A stretch of DNA of 64,000 nt from Planctomycetota bacterium (GTDB taxonomy: Bacteria > Planctomycetota > UBA1135 > GCA-002686595). The stretch's first letter is position 1; every line of letters begins with the position of its first letter. The translations under genes were made by a program, and so were the position numbers. Below, in pieces: positions 1-10,378 of this stretch. The notes under the pieces were generated by a model. The model did not search any database. It had not been told where the DNA came from and was given only the letters and a program-made list of their open reading frames with translations. Where the stretch lies: the NCBI GenBank assembly GCA_031400875.1, contig JANNQS010000120.1:8569-72568 (forward strand). Reading direction: 5' to 3'.

Positions 1-69
1 TGATGCCGCGCTGAAGCGGCAGCGTCCAGAGTCGCGCGGTCCGCACGGCCCTGGACGCTTCCGCCGTGC

Positions 70-1974
70 TCAGATGTTCACACTCCGCCAGGCGGTCCAG
101 GCCGAAGCGCCGAACGCGTTCGTGGCGCGGACGCGGTAGCGGAAGCGTCCGCTCCCCGGCGTGTCGGTGTACGTCGTCACGTTCGCGCCGACCGGGCCGA
201 GGTTCGTCGTGTTCGTCCACGTCCCGCCGATGCGCTGCTGGCGCTGGATCTCGAAGTTGGCCTCGTTGTTCGAGTTGTCCGCCCAGACCAGCCGCGCCTG
301 GCCGCCGCCCGGTTCCGTGATGGTCGGCGTTCCCGGCGCCGCGGGCGGAGATCCCGCGCTCTGCACGATCAGCGTGACCGCGGCCGAGCCGCCCAGGCCG
401 CCGGCGTCCGTCACCGCAGCGGTGATCGTGTGCGTCCCGACCGTCATGTCGCTGCGCGAGAACGTCGCGCCCGTGCCGATCTGGCCCATCAGGTTCGAGC
501 TCCATACGAGGCTCGCGCTGAGGATCCCCTGCTGGGCGTCGTTGGCCGACCCCGAGAACGTCACGAGTGTGCCCGCCGTCACCGTCGTGTTGTTCGCGGG
601 CGAGCTGATCGTGACGGTGGGCGCCGTGTTCCCGCCCCCCGTTCCGACCGCCGCAGCTGCGTCGAGGACCGCGCCGGTGACGCACAGCCCCGAGAGCCCG
701 GCGATCGGACGCGCCGTGGTGAACAGGCGGCTGCGGACCTGGCCGTACGTCCAGCTCGGATTCTGCGCGTAGACCAGCGACGCGACACCGGCCACGTGCG
801 GCGTCGCCATCGACGTGCCCGACATGTAGGCGTACCCGTTGTTCAAATACGTCGAGAGGATCGTCGAGCCCGGCGCGCCCAGGTCGACGGACGTCGCGCC
901 GTAGTTCGAGAAGGACGAGCGCGTGTCGTTGTTCGTCGTCGACGCGACGGAGATCAGGTTGTCGAGGTTGTACGAGGCCGGATAGAAGGGGCTCGCGTCG
1001 TTGTTCGTCCCGGCATTGCCGGCTGCCGCGCAGAAGACGTGCCCGACGCTCTTCGCGGCGTTGATGGCGTCGTACATGGCCTGCGAGAAGCCACCGCCGC
1101 CCCACGAGTTGTTCGAGACCTTGACGCCCTTCACGCGGCAGTAGTTGATGGCCAGGATCGCGTCGGACGTGAAGCCGCCTTGCGGGCCGAGAAAGCGCAT
1201 GGGCAAGAGCTTGCAGCGCCAGTTGACGCCCGCGACGCCGATGCCGTTGTTCCCGACCGCGCCGACGGTGCCGGCCGTGTGCGTGCCGTGACCGCCGATG
1301 TCCATCGGATCGTTGTCGACGTTGTAGAAATCCCACCCGCGCACGTCGTCCACGTACCCGTTGCCGTCGTCGTCGACGCCGTTGCTGGCGATCTCGCCCG
1401 GGTTCGTCCAGATGTTCACGGCCAGATCGGGGTGCGTGTACTGCACGCCGGTGTCGATGATCGCGACCGTGAAGTTCGCGTCGCCCGTCGTGGTGTCCCA
1501 GGCCTGCGGCGCGTTGATGTCCGCGCCGGCGACGCCCGGATCGCCGTTGACCGTCTGGCCGGTGTTGTTGAGGCCCCAGCACAGCCCGAAGTTCGGGTCG
1601 TTCGGCGTCGAGTCGGGCCTCACGACCCAATCGCGCTCCGCGTAGCGCACGAGCGGCGCGATGCGCGCGATGGCGACCTCGGGCCGCAGGCTCGTGGTCA
1701 CGCGCTCGATGCCGTTCGCGTCGTCGATCCGGCGAAAGCTTCCGTCGCCGACCAGCGCGCGGACGTTGACCTTGTGGGCCGCGCTGGCGTCGTCGTCGAA
1801 GCGCACGAGGATCGCGGTGGGGTTGTACGCCAGGTTCGGGACGCGCTCCAGGTACTGCGTCGCGCGGTGGTGCGCGAACTCGGACAGCGGGCTGGGCGCC
1901 GTCGACTCGGAGGCGAGCGCGGTGCTCGCGAGGGAGGAGAAGAGCAGGAACGTGGAGAAGAGTCTTCGATTCAT
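70..1974 (-). CDS. Secreted subtilisin-like serine protease (peptidase S8) with C-terminal Ig-like/fibronectin-III-like domains
   Basis: The ORF runs 70..2031. The signal peptide MNRRLFSTFLLFSSLASTALA starts at ATG 1974. S8 catalytic motifs are present: IIDTGV (Asp), HGTHTAGTV (His), GTSMATPHVAG (Ser). The C-terminus (EANFEIQRQ...YRVRATNAFG) looks FN3-like. Confidence 0.9.
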   Translation of the reverse strand: MNRRLFSTFLLFSSLASTALASESTAPSPLSEFAHHRATQYLERVPNLAYNPTAILVRFDDDASAAHKVNVRALVGDGSFRRIDDANGIERVTTSLRPEVAIARIAPLVRYAERDWVVRPDSTPNDPNFGLCWGLNNTGQTVNGDPGVAGADINAPQAWDTTTGDANFTVAIIDTGVQYTHPDLAVNIWTNPGEIASNGVDDDGNGYVDDVRGWDFYNVDNDPMDIGGHGTHTAGTVGAVGNNGIGVAGVNWRCKLLPMRFLGPQGGFTSDAILAINYCRVKGVKVSNNSWGGGGFSQAMYDAINAAKSVGHVFCAAAGNAGTNNDASPFYPASYNLDNLISVASTTNNDTRSSFSNYGATSVDLGAPGSTILSTYLNNGYAYMSGTSMATPHVAGVASLVYAQNPSWTYGQVRSRLFTTARPIAGLSGLCVTGAVLDAAAAVGTGGGNTAPTVTISSPANNTTVTAGTLVTFSGSANDAQQGILSASLVWSSNLMGQIGTGATFSRSDMTVGTHTITAAVTDAGGLGGSAAVTLIVQSAGSPPAAPGTPTITEPGGGQARLVWADNSNNEANFEIQRQQRIGGTWTNTTNLGPVGANVTTYTDTPGSGRFRYRVRATNAFGASAWTAWRSVNI

Positions 1975-2233
1975 GTGGTTTCCGTCGAGCGTCGATGCCG
2001 TCGTCGAAACGCGCCTGCGCGAACTCGTCACCGGTCCCGGAGCGAGCGCGACACGCTCGGGAGGAATGCAGTCTAGCCGCGGATCGCGATCGCGCTCGCC
2101 CAGCCGGCATTCTTCAACGGGAGCCCCGCGTCGTGATCAGCGCACGCGTGAAGCGACGCTCAGCCGCCCTCGTTCCGCGAGAATCTCGCCGGGGTCCGAT
2201 CACGCGCCGACAAGGTTGGCGCTCGACAACACG

Positions 2234-2329
2234 TCGATACGGTGCCAGGGACGACTCCGACAGGTTCGCGTCGGCAACGAGACTCCGCGGGGCGCGAGGG
2301 TGTCGGAGTCGTCCCTGGCACCATATCGA
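2234..2329. repeat. 29-bp inverted repeat (1 mismatch) with a 38-bp spacer
   Basis: Left arm 2234-2262 is tcgatacggtgccagggacgactccgaca. Right arm 2301-2329 is tgtcggagtcgtccctggcaccatatcga, its reverse complement except for one base. It lies in the 397-bp gap between the larC stop and the S8 protease start. Confidence 0.8.
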
Positions 2330-2428
2330 TCACTTCCCCCAGAGACTCGTCAGCGGCGTCCACATGTTCCATCTCCTCCACGAACACGCGTCGCCCCAGG
2401 ATCTCGAATGCGCGGCATCCCGGGGATT

Positions 2429-3640
2429 TCAGCCGCGGCTCAGCTGGCTCAGCGCGGCGGCGATCGCAGCACGCTCGAGTTCGCGAATCGAAAGCCCCGT
2501 CGAGCGCGCCAGCGCCGCCAAGTCCTCGTGCTCGGGCGACAAATCGCGCTCGGACACGGGCGCGCCGGGGCGCTGGCGCACTTTGACGCGCACTTTCGCG
2601 CCGGTCACGACGACCTCGATCGTGCGGCGCTCGCACTCTGTACGCTCGACCTCGCGCCAGCGGATGCCGAGCGTGCTCGTGTGCTCGAGCAGCGCGCGCT
2701 CGAGCGCGTCGCGTGCGTCGCTGCGCACGAGCGCGGACAGCACCACGCCCGGCCGACCCTTCTTCATCACGACTGGCGCAGTCCACACGTCGAGCGCGCC
2801 GGCGGCGAACGCGCGTTCGGCGGCCCAGGCCAGCTCCTCGCCGGTCATGTCGTCCAGGTTCACTTCGGCGAGCCACGCAGTCGCGCGCGCCGCTGCTTGC
2901 GCCGGCACGGAGCCGAGCTGCACGCGCAGCACGTTGGGTGGGCCGTCCTTGGGATCGCGGTGGCCGGCGCCGTAGCCGATCCGCTGCGGTGTGAACGCGT
3001 GCAGCGCGCCGAACTCGGGCGCGAGCTCGGCCAGCAGCGCGGCGCCGGTCGGCGTCAAGCGCTCGCCATGGCCGCCGGAGACCAGCATCGATCGGCCGCG
3101 CAGGATTTCGGCCACCGCGGGCGTCGGCACGGGCATCTCGCCGTGCGCGCAGCGCACCGTGCCCGTGCCCGTCCGCGGGACGGAAGCGTGCACGCGCTCG
3201 ACGCCCAGCCTGTGCAGCGCGAACGCGGCGCCGACGACGTCCACGATCGTGTCGACCGCGCCGACCTCGTGGAAGTGGACCTCGTCGGGCGAGCAGCCGT
3301 GCACCGTGCCCTCGGCCACGGCGATGCGGCGGAACACGGCCAGCGCGCGCTCGACGATCGGCGGCGGCAGGTCGGCGTCGCGCACGATGCGCTCGACGTC
3401 GGCGATGCGGCGGTGCGGCGGGTGCGCGGACTCGGGCGTCGTGACGGTCAGCATCTGGCCCGAGAGGTTGCCGCGCCAGGCGGTCTCGACCGTGAGGCGC
3501 GCCTCGCCCGGCACGAGCCGGCCTGCTAGCGCGCGCAAGTCCTCGATCGTGAAGCGCGGATCCTTCAGATCGAGCAGCGCGGCCAGGAACATGTCCCCCG
3601 CCATGCCGGCGAAGGGCTCGATGTAGAGCGTGGAGGTCAC
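2429..3640 (-). CDS. larC: LarC family nickel insertion protein (DUF111; nickel-pincer cofactor biosynthesis)
   Basis: The N-terminus MTSTLYIEPFAGMAGDMFLAALLDL is typical of LarC/DUF111. The length is 403 aa, and the C-terminal KVRVKV...PEHEDLAALARSTGLSIREL block matches the family. Confidence 0.85.
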   Translation of the reverse strand: MTSTLYIEPFAGMAGDMFLAALLDLKDPRFTIEDLRALAGRLVPGEARLTVETAWRGNLSGQMLTVTTPESAHPPHRRIADVERIVRDADLPPPIVERALAVFRRIAVAEGTVHGCSPDEVHFHEVGAVDTIVDVVGAAFALHRLGVERVHASVPRTGTGTVRCAHGEMPVPTPAVAEILRGRSMLVSGGHGERLTPTGAALLAELAPEFGALHAFTPQRIGYGAGHRDPKDGPPNVLRVQLGSVPAQAAARATAWLAEVNLDDMTGEELAWAAERAFAAGALDVWTAPVVMKKGRPGVVLSALVRSDARDALERALLEHTSTLGIRWREVERTECERRTIEVVVTGAKVRVKVRQRPGAPVSERDLSPEHEDLAALARSTGLSIRELERAAIAAALSQLSRG

Positions 3641-3653
3641 GCGCGTGAACGTA

Positions 3654-4391
3654 TCACGCGCGCGCCACGCACAGGACGCCGACGTGCGCGGCGCCCAGCC
3701 GGCGCAGGATCCGCGCGCACTCCGCGGCGGTCGAGCCCGACGTCACCACGTCGTCGACGAGCCACACTTCCGCGCCCGCGATACGGCCGGTCCGCGACAG
3801 CCACGACCGTGCCGGTGCGAACGCGCCGCGCACGTTGGCGCTTCTCGATACGGTGCCGAGCGCCCCTTGCATCGGGGTCGAGCGGACGCGCCGCAGCGCG
3901 CGCAGTGCCGTCAGCCCCGCCGCCTCGGCCGCATGCCGCGCGAGCTGCCAGGCTTGGTCGTAGCCGCGCTCGAAGCGCCGCGCGGCGTGCAGCGGCACGG
4001 GCACGAGCAAGCGTTGGCGTGAGCTCTCGGCGACGGGCTCGGCGGCGAGTCGCGCGGCGAGCAACGCGCCCAGCGGCGCGGCCAGGTCGGCGCGCCCGCC
4101 GTACTTCAGCGCCAGGAGCCACGTCCCGTTCGCGCCCGAGCGGTACGCGCCCAGCGCCGCGACGCGCGCGAACCCGGGTGCGCGCGCGCGGCAGTCCGGA
4201 CAGCGCGTGCCGTCCGGCAGCACGGGCGCGATCGCGGCCGCGCAGCGTCCACAGCGCGGCCCCGGCAACCCGGTCTCGAAACGATGCTCGGCGCAGCCCA
4301 GGCCGTCGCCTTCGTCCTGCGCGCCGCACAGCGCACAGCGCGGCGGCCAGACCGCGTCGACGAGCGCGGCCCCGAGGTCGGCGTGTCCCAT
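3654..4391 (-). CDS. comF: ComF family protein (phosphoribosyltransferase domain, N-terminal Cys-rich zinc-finger-like region)
   Basis: N-terminal CxxC...CxxC pairs (PRCALCG, GPRCGRC, RCPDCR). C-terminal PRTase motif VWLVDDVVTSGST. Confidence 0.8.
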   Translation of the reverse strand: MGHADLGAALVDAVWPPRCALCGAQDEGDGLGCAEHRFETGLPGPRCGRCAAAIAPVLPDGTRCPDCRARAPGFARVAALGAYRSGANGTWLLALKYGGRADLAAPLGALLAARLAAEPVAESSRQRLLVPVPLHAARRFERGYDQAWQLARHAAEAAGLTALRALRRVRSTPMQGALGTVSRSANVRGAFAPARSWLSRTGRIAGAEVWLVDDVVTSGSTAAECARILRRLGAAHVGVLCVARA

Positions 4392-4422
4392 ATTCCGAGG
4401 ACGAGCGGGACTGCAGCCGGTT

Positions 4423-5733
<1,311 letters not shown>

Positions 5734-5783
5734 GTCAGCGCCTGCGCCGCTCGTGCGACGAAACGGTCTGCGCGCGTCTCACG

Positions 5784-6401
5784 TCAACCATCGCGCGGCC
5801 CCCGGTCCTGGTCGACGCGGCGCGCCGTCGTCGCGAGGGGGCCCGTGCGCGGCAAGGGCGGGAGCCCGGTCGCGCGGCGCACGCGCTCGGCGTAGGACGC
5901 GACGGAGTCCTCGGGGCTGGCCTCGACGCCGAAGAGCTCGCCAACTTCCTTGGTGAGCGCCGGGTCGGCCTCCAGGTCGCCGGGCGACGCGAGCAGGCGC
6001 TCGCGCACGTAGCGCCGAAACGCGCGCGACGACCACAGCCAGCCGACCGCCAGCAGGACGCCGGTCGCCAGCGCGACGGCCGTGACTTCGAAGCCCGGGA
6101 ACGACGGCACGGCGCCCGGCGGCGGCGGTCGCAGGCGGCCGAGCAGCTCGAGCCCGTAGCCGGCCAGCAGGTAGAGGAAGCCGATGCCGACCTGCAGGCG
6201 CTGGAAGATGTGCTCGCGGATCGCGACCAGCGGCGCGCCGCGCGCGCCGAAGCGCTCGGCCACCAGCTCGCGCGGGTGGCGGAAGAGGAGCGCGTTCCCA
6301 AGCAGGAAGGTGCCGCCCAGGAGCAGCACGAGCCCGACCGCGCCCCAGTCCGGCTCGAGGTCGGGCACGGGCAGCACGAGCGCGCACGGGAGGTGGCTCA
6401 C
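5784..6401 (-). CDS. Hypothetical membrane protein (about 3-4 predicted TM segments)
   Basis: This is the C-terminal 205 codons of the long ORF 5784..7493. Only this part has hydrophobic helices and protein-like composition. GTG 6401 lies 8 nt after the stop of the upstream lipoprotein gene. The upstream part of the ORF overlaps gatC/gatA antisense. Confidence 0.6.
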   Translation of the reverse strand: MSHLPCALVLPVPDLEPDWGAVGLVLLLGGTFLLGNALLFRHPRELVAERFGARGAPLVAIREHIFQRLQVGIGFLYLLAGYGLELLGRLRPPPPGAVPSFPGFEVTAVALATGVLLAVGWLWSSRAFRRYVRERLLASPGDLEADPALTKEVGELFGVEASPEDSVASYAERVRRATGLPPLPRTGPLATTARRVDQDRGPRDG

Positions 6402-6409
6402 AACGGGGC

Positions 6410-6793
6410 TCAGGAGAAGATCGCGACCAGGAGGAGCCCCCACAGGATGACGCCGATCACGACGAGGGTGGCTTGCGCGATCTTCGCTCCGCCCATCCCC
6501 GGGTCGTCTTTGACGAAGCCTTGCAAGCTCTCCACACGACCGAGCGGGATCGTGCGCGCCGGGAAGATCTCGGTCGGGCCGCTGCCGCGCCAGGCCAGCA
6601 CCGGGGCGCCCTCGGGCTGGTAGAGCGGCCGCTCGACCTCGTGCGACGACCCGTCGTCCAGGACGACGCGCACGCGCCGCTGGACGTCGATCACGTCGGC
6701 GGTCCAGGGCTGCGGGATCGGGCGCCAGCTCGCGGTCTGAGCGCAGGCGCTCGCGACCAGGAACAGGATCAGTGCCGGAATGAGGCGTTTCAC
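6410..6793 (-). CDS. Hypothetical lipoprotein with C-terminal TM anchor
   Basis: Starting at GTG 6793 gives VKRLIPALILFLVASAC (lipobox VASAC). A C-terminal hydrophobic segment is present (ATLVVIGVILWGLLLVAIFS). GC3 is high. Confidence 0.6.
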   Translation of the reverse strand: MKRLIPALILFLVASACAQTASWRPIPQPWTADVIDVQRRVRVVLDDGSSHEVERPLYQPEGAPVLAWRGSGPTEIFPARTIPLGRVESLQGFVKDDPGMGGAKIAQATLVVIGVILWGLLLVAIFS

Positions 6794-6886
6794 GCCGCGC
6801 GAGGGTAGCGACCGGCAGGCCGGGTTTCGCGGCCCCACCAGAACTGTGGCGGTCTGCTCGACTGCTTCGGCTTCCAGTTCCGGTTC

Positions 6887-6915
6887 TGTCGGGGTCGTTC
6901 CAGGAACCGTACGTT
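6887..6915. repeat. Third, diverged copy of the 2301-2329 repeat arm; contains the palindrome GTTCCAGGAAC
   Basis: tgtcggggtcgttccaggaaccgtacgtt matches tgtcggagtcgtccctggcaccatatcga at about 21 of 29 positions. It lies in the divergent promoter region between the lipoprotein gene and gatC. Confidence 0.55.
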
Positions 6916-6925
6916 GTGCGCGCAC

Positions 6926-7249
6926 ATGTCCCAGTCGCCGCCTGCCCCTGGCCCTCGAACCACCCCCGAGACGGTCCTGCAGGTCGCCGCCCTCGCGCGG
7001 CTCGAGCTCGACGCGGCCGAGGCCGCCGCCCTCGCGCCGCAGCTCGACGCGATCCTGGCGCAGTTCCAGGTGCTGACGCAGCTCGACCTGACCGACGTCG
7101 AGCCCATGGTGACCGCCGCGGCGGGCGAGAACGTGCTGCGCGACGACGTGCCGCAGCCGTCGCTGCCGGCCGACATCGTGCTGGCCAACGCACCGGCGCG
7201 CGTCGGCGATTTCTATCGCGTCCCGAAGACCGTCGGGGGCGAGGAATGA
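6926..7249 (+). CDS. gatC: Asp-tRNA(Asn)/Glu-tRNA(Gln) amidotransferase subunit C
   Basis: The GatC-like sequence VLQVAALARLELD...LDAILAQFQVL...VEP precedes gatA with an ATGA stop/start overlap. The ORF track starts at TTG 6914; ATG 6926 is preferred. Confidence 0.85.
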   Translation: MSQSPPAPGPRTTPETVLQVAALARLELDAAEAAALAPQLDAILAQFQVLTQLDLTDVEPMVTAAAGENVLRDDVPQPSLPADIVLANAPARVGDFYRVPKTVGGEE

Positions 7250-8727
7250 GCTCCGAGGAGCTTCCCGACGCGACAGCGCTGGCCGGCCGCATCGCGCGCG
7301 GCGAGCTCAGCGCGCGGCGCGCGGCCGAGGAGTGCTTCACGCGCATCGAGCGCTTCGACCGGCGCCTGAACGTGTTCCTGAACCTCGACCGCGAGGGCGC
7401 GCTGCGCCGCGCGGACGAGCTCGACGCCGCGCGCGGCCGCGGCGAATCGCCCGGCGTGCTGCACGGTGTGCCGATCGCGCTCAAGGCCAACATGTGCCTC
7501 GAAGGCGTCGAGTCGAACTGCGGCTCGCGCGTCCTGGAGGGCTACCGCGCACCGTACACGGCCACGTTCGTGCAGCGCCTGATCGACGCCGGCGCGAACC
7601 CGGTCGGCATGACGAACATGGACGAGTTCGCCATGGGCAGCTCGTCGGAGAACTCGGCCTTCGGGCCGACGCGCAATCCGTGGGACGAGACGCGCACGCC
7701 GGGCGGCTCGAGCTCGGGCTCGGCGGTCGCGGTCGCGGCCGGGCTCGTGCCGATCGCGCTGGGCTCGGACACCGGCGGCTCGGTGCGGCAGCCTTCCGCG
7801 CTGTGCGGGATCAGCGGCTTCAAGCCGACGTACGGGCGCATCTCGCGCTACGGCCTGGTCGCGTTCGGCAGCTCGCTGGATCAAGTCTCCCCGTTCGCGC
7901 GCAGCGTGCGCGACCTGCAATTGGCCGTGCACGTCATGTCGGGCACCGACCCGCGCGACTCGACCTGCCTCGACGAGCCCGCGCTGAACGTCGAGGAAGG
8001 CGGCGTGAAGGGCCTGCGCATCGGCGTGCCGCGCGAGTACTTCCCCGAGTCGCTGCCGAAGGAAGTGCGCGCGGCCTGCGAAGCGGCGTTGGCGACGCTC
8101 GAGAGGCTCGGCGCCGAGCTCGTGCCCGTGTCGCTGCCCTACTCGGCCCACGCGATCCCGACGTACTACGTGGTCGCGACGGCCGAGGCTTCCAGCAACC
8201 TGGCGCGCTTCGACGGCGTGCGCTACGGCCTGCGCGTCGAGGGACCGGGTTCGCTGCAGGGCATGTTCGCCGCAACGCGCGAGCGGGGTTTCGGCGCGGA
8301 GGTGAAGCGGCGGATCCTGCTCGGGACGTTCGTGCTGTCGGCCGGCTACTACGACGCCTGGTACGGGCGCGCGCTCAAGGTGCGCTCGTTGTTGCGGCGT
8401 GACTTCGACACGGCGTTCGCCGACGTGGACGTGATCGTGGGGCCGACGTCGGGCGAGGTCGCGTTCCCGCTCGGTGCCAAGAGCGACGATCCGGTCGCGA
8501 TGTACCTGTCGGACGTGTTGACCGTGCCCGCCAACCTGGCCGGCGTCCCGGCCGCGAGCATCCCCTGCGGATTCGTCGCGTCAGGCGGCGCGCGCCTGCC
8601 CGTCGGCCTGCAGATCATCGGGCCACAGCGCGGCGACGCGCGGGTGCTGCGCGTCGCGCACGTGTTCGAGGGCGCGACGGCATTCGCGCGCGAGCTGCCG
8701 CCGCTCTACGCCGGGAGACCAGCGTGA
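7246..8727 (+). CDS. gatA: Glutamyl-tRNA(Gln)/aspartyl-tRNA(Asn) amidotransferase subunit A (amidase signature)
   Basis: MSSEELPD... starts at ATG 7246, in frame within ORF 6916..8727. Amidase signature GGSSSGSAVAVAAGLVPIALGSDTGGSVRQPSALCG is present. The length is 493 aa. Confidence 0.95.
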   Translation: MSSEELPDATALAGRIARGELSARRAAEECFTRIERFDRRLNVFLNLDREGALRRADELDAARGRGESPGVLHGVPIALKANMCLEGVESNCGSRVLEGYRAPYTATFVQRLIDAGANPVGMTNMDEFAMGSSSENSAFGPTRNPWDETRTPGGSSSGSAVAVAAGLVPIALGSDTGGSVRQPSALCGISGFKPTYGRISRYGLVAFGSSLDQVSPFARSVRDLQLAVHVMSGTDPRDSTCLDEPALNVEEGGVKGLRIGVPREYFPESLPKEVRAACEAALATLERLGAELVPVSLPYSAHAIPTYYVVATAEASSNLARFDGVRYGLRVEGPGSLQGMFAATRERGFGAEVKRRILLGTFVLSAGYYDAWYGRALKVRSLLRRDFDTAFADVDVIVGPTSGEVAFPLGAKSDDPVAMYLSDVLTVPANLAGVPAASIPCGFVASGGARLPVGLQIIGPQRGDARVLRVAHVFEGATAFARELPPLYAGRPA

Positions 8728-10211
8728 CCCCGACCACCTCCCCCGCCGTCGACATCAGCTACGTGTCGCCCGCGACGGGCCGGCGCTGGATCCCCGTGAT
8801 CGGCCTCGAGTGCCACGTGCAGCTCGGCACGGCGACGAAGCTTTTCTGCGGCTGCGCCTACCTCTTCGCGGCACCGCCCAACTCGCTGACGTGCGCGGTC
8901 TGCACGGCGCAGCCAGGCGTGCTGCCTGTCCTCAACCGCGAGGCGTTGGCTCTGGCCGTGCGCGTCGCGCTGGCGCTCGGCGCCGAGGTGCCGCGGCGCA
9001 GCAAGTTCGACCGCAAGCACTACTTCTACTGCGACCTGCCCAAGGGCTACCAGATCAGCCAGTACGACCAGCCCTTCTGCCACGGCGGCGGGATCACGCT
9101 GGCTTCGGGCAAGCGCGTGCGCTTGACGCGCATCCACCTGGAGGAGGACGCCGGCAAGGCGATCCACGACCGCGGCGACATGACGCTGGTCGACCTGAAC
9201 CGCGCCGGCGTGCCGCTGATCGAGTCGGTGACGGAAGCCGACATGCAGAGCGCCGAGGAGGCGCACGAGTACCTGACGGCGCTCAAGGAGACGCTGCAGT
9301 ACACGGGCGCATCCGATTGCGACATGGAGAAGGGCGAGTTGCGCTGCGACGTGAACATCTCGGTCCACCTGGCCGGCGAGGCCTGGCGCACGAAGGTCGA
9401 GATCAAGAACCTGAATTCGTTCCGCCACGTGGCCTCCGCGATCGAGCACGAGATCCGGCGGCAGGTCGACGTGTACGAATCCGGCGGCGCGATCCCGCAG
9501 GAGACGCGCCTGTGGGATCCCGAGCGCGGCGAGACGCGCACCATGCGCAGCAAGGAATCGGCGCACGACTACCGCTACTTCGCCGAGCCCGACCTGCCCG
9601 CGTTCCACGTCGACGAGGCCTTCCTCCACCGGCAGCGCGGGATGCTCCCGGAGATGCCGCACGCGCGCCGTGAGCGCTACGCGCGCGAGTTCGGCCTGTC
9701 GCCCAAGGACTGCGCCGCGCTCACGCACCGGCGCGTCGTGGCCGACTTCTTCGAAGCGCTCGTGCGGATCACGAGCAAGCCCAGGGAAGCGGCCAACTGG
9801 ATCCTGAACGAGCTGAACCGCATGGTCGGCGACGCCGAGACGGGCTACGCGAGCTTCGACGAGATCCCGCTCAAGCCCAGCGACGTCGCGACCGTGATCG
9901 CGCTGGTCGGCGACGGCACGATCCAGACGGCGGGCGGGCGCACGCTCCTGCGCGCGATGGCGCGCACCGGGAAGAGCGCCAAGGTGCTCGTGCCCGAGTT
10001 GGGCCTGGAGCAGGTGCAGGATTCCGGCGCGATCGAGAGCTGGTGCCGCGACGCGCTGGTCGGCAAGGAGAAGGTGATCGCCGACGTGAAGGCCGGGAAG
10101 CCCAATGCGATGAACGCGCTCCTGGGCGCGGTGATGAAGGCTTCGGGAGGCAAGGCCAACGCGCAGGCCGTGCGGGAGACGCTGCAGCGGCTGATCGACG
10201 CCCGGCCCTGA
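8724..10211 (+). CDS. gatB: Asp-tRNA(Asn)/Glu-tRNA(Gln) amidotransferase subunit B
   Basis: VIGLECHVQL, FDRKHYFYCDLPKGYQISQ and RIHLEEDAGK are typical GatB blocks. The GTG start overlaps the gatA stop (GTGA). Confidence 0.95.
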   Translation: MTPTTSPAVDISYVSPATGRRWIPVIGLECHVQLGTATKLFCGCAYLFAAPPNSLTCAVCTAQPGVLPVLNREALALAVRVALALGAEVPRRSKFDRKHYFYCDLPKGYQISQYDQPFCHGGGITLASGKRVRLTRIHLEEDAGKAIHDRGDMTLVDLNRAGVPLIESVTEADMQSAEEAHEYLTALKETLQYTGASDCDMEKGELRCDVNISVHLAGEAWRTKVEIKNLNSFRHVASAIEHEIRRQVDVYESGGAIPQETRLWDPERGETRTMRSKESAHDYRYFAEPDLPAFHVDEAFLHRQRGMLPEMPHARRERYAREFGLSPKDCAALTHRRVVADFFEALVRITSKPREAANWILNELNRMVGDAETGYASFDEIPLKPSDVATVIALVGDGTIQTAGGRTLLRAMARTGKSAKVLVPELGLEQVQDSGAIESWCRDALVGKEKVIADVKAGKPNAMNALLGAVMKASGGKANAQAVRETLQRLIDARP

Positions 10212-10229
10212 CCGGCCTGGAACACCCGC

Positions 10230-10309
10230 CTTGACGAGGCGGGCCTGGTCTTGACGCGGCGGGCCTGGTCTTGACGCGGCGGGGCCAGTCTTGACGCGGC
10301 GGGGCGGGT
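10230..10309. repeat. Four tandem 20-bp direct repeats, each beginning CTTGACG
   Basis: The copies are cttgacgaggcgggcctggt, cttgacgcggcgggcctggt, cttgacgcggcggggccagt and cttgacgcggcggggcgggt. TTGACG occurs at 10231, 10251, 10271 and 10291. The array lies between the gatB stop and the ECF sigma start. Confidence 0.9.
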
Positions 10310-10378
10310 GGCGCGGGATGGAAAGTCCTTCGCGGCGGTGCGACGGTAACGATCCACCCGCGCCGAGCGGAGACAGGC

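Noticed and set aside
2241-2325. Sigma-54-like TGGCAC in both arms of the 29-bp inverted repeat (CTGGCACCATATCGA / CTGGCACCGTATCGA), and GGAAC-N9-TTG at 6902-6917.
   Set aside because: The -12 element TTGC is absent or mis-spaced in all copies. No sigma-54 activator gene is nearby.
9602-9617. parS-like half site GTTCCACGT inside gatB.
   Set aside because: The second half (CGACGAG) does not complete the palindrome TGTTCCACGTGGAACA. It also lies inside a conserved coding region.
10320-10328. GGAAAGTCC (the RNase P RNA P4-like motif), followed by a GGTAAC-containing stretch.
   Set aside because: Only ~70 nt of non-coding sequence is available before the ECF sigma start codon. None of the other conserved RNase P regions are present. 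This is an isolated 9-mer.
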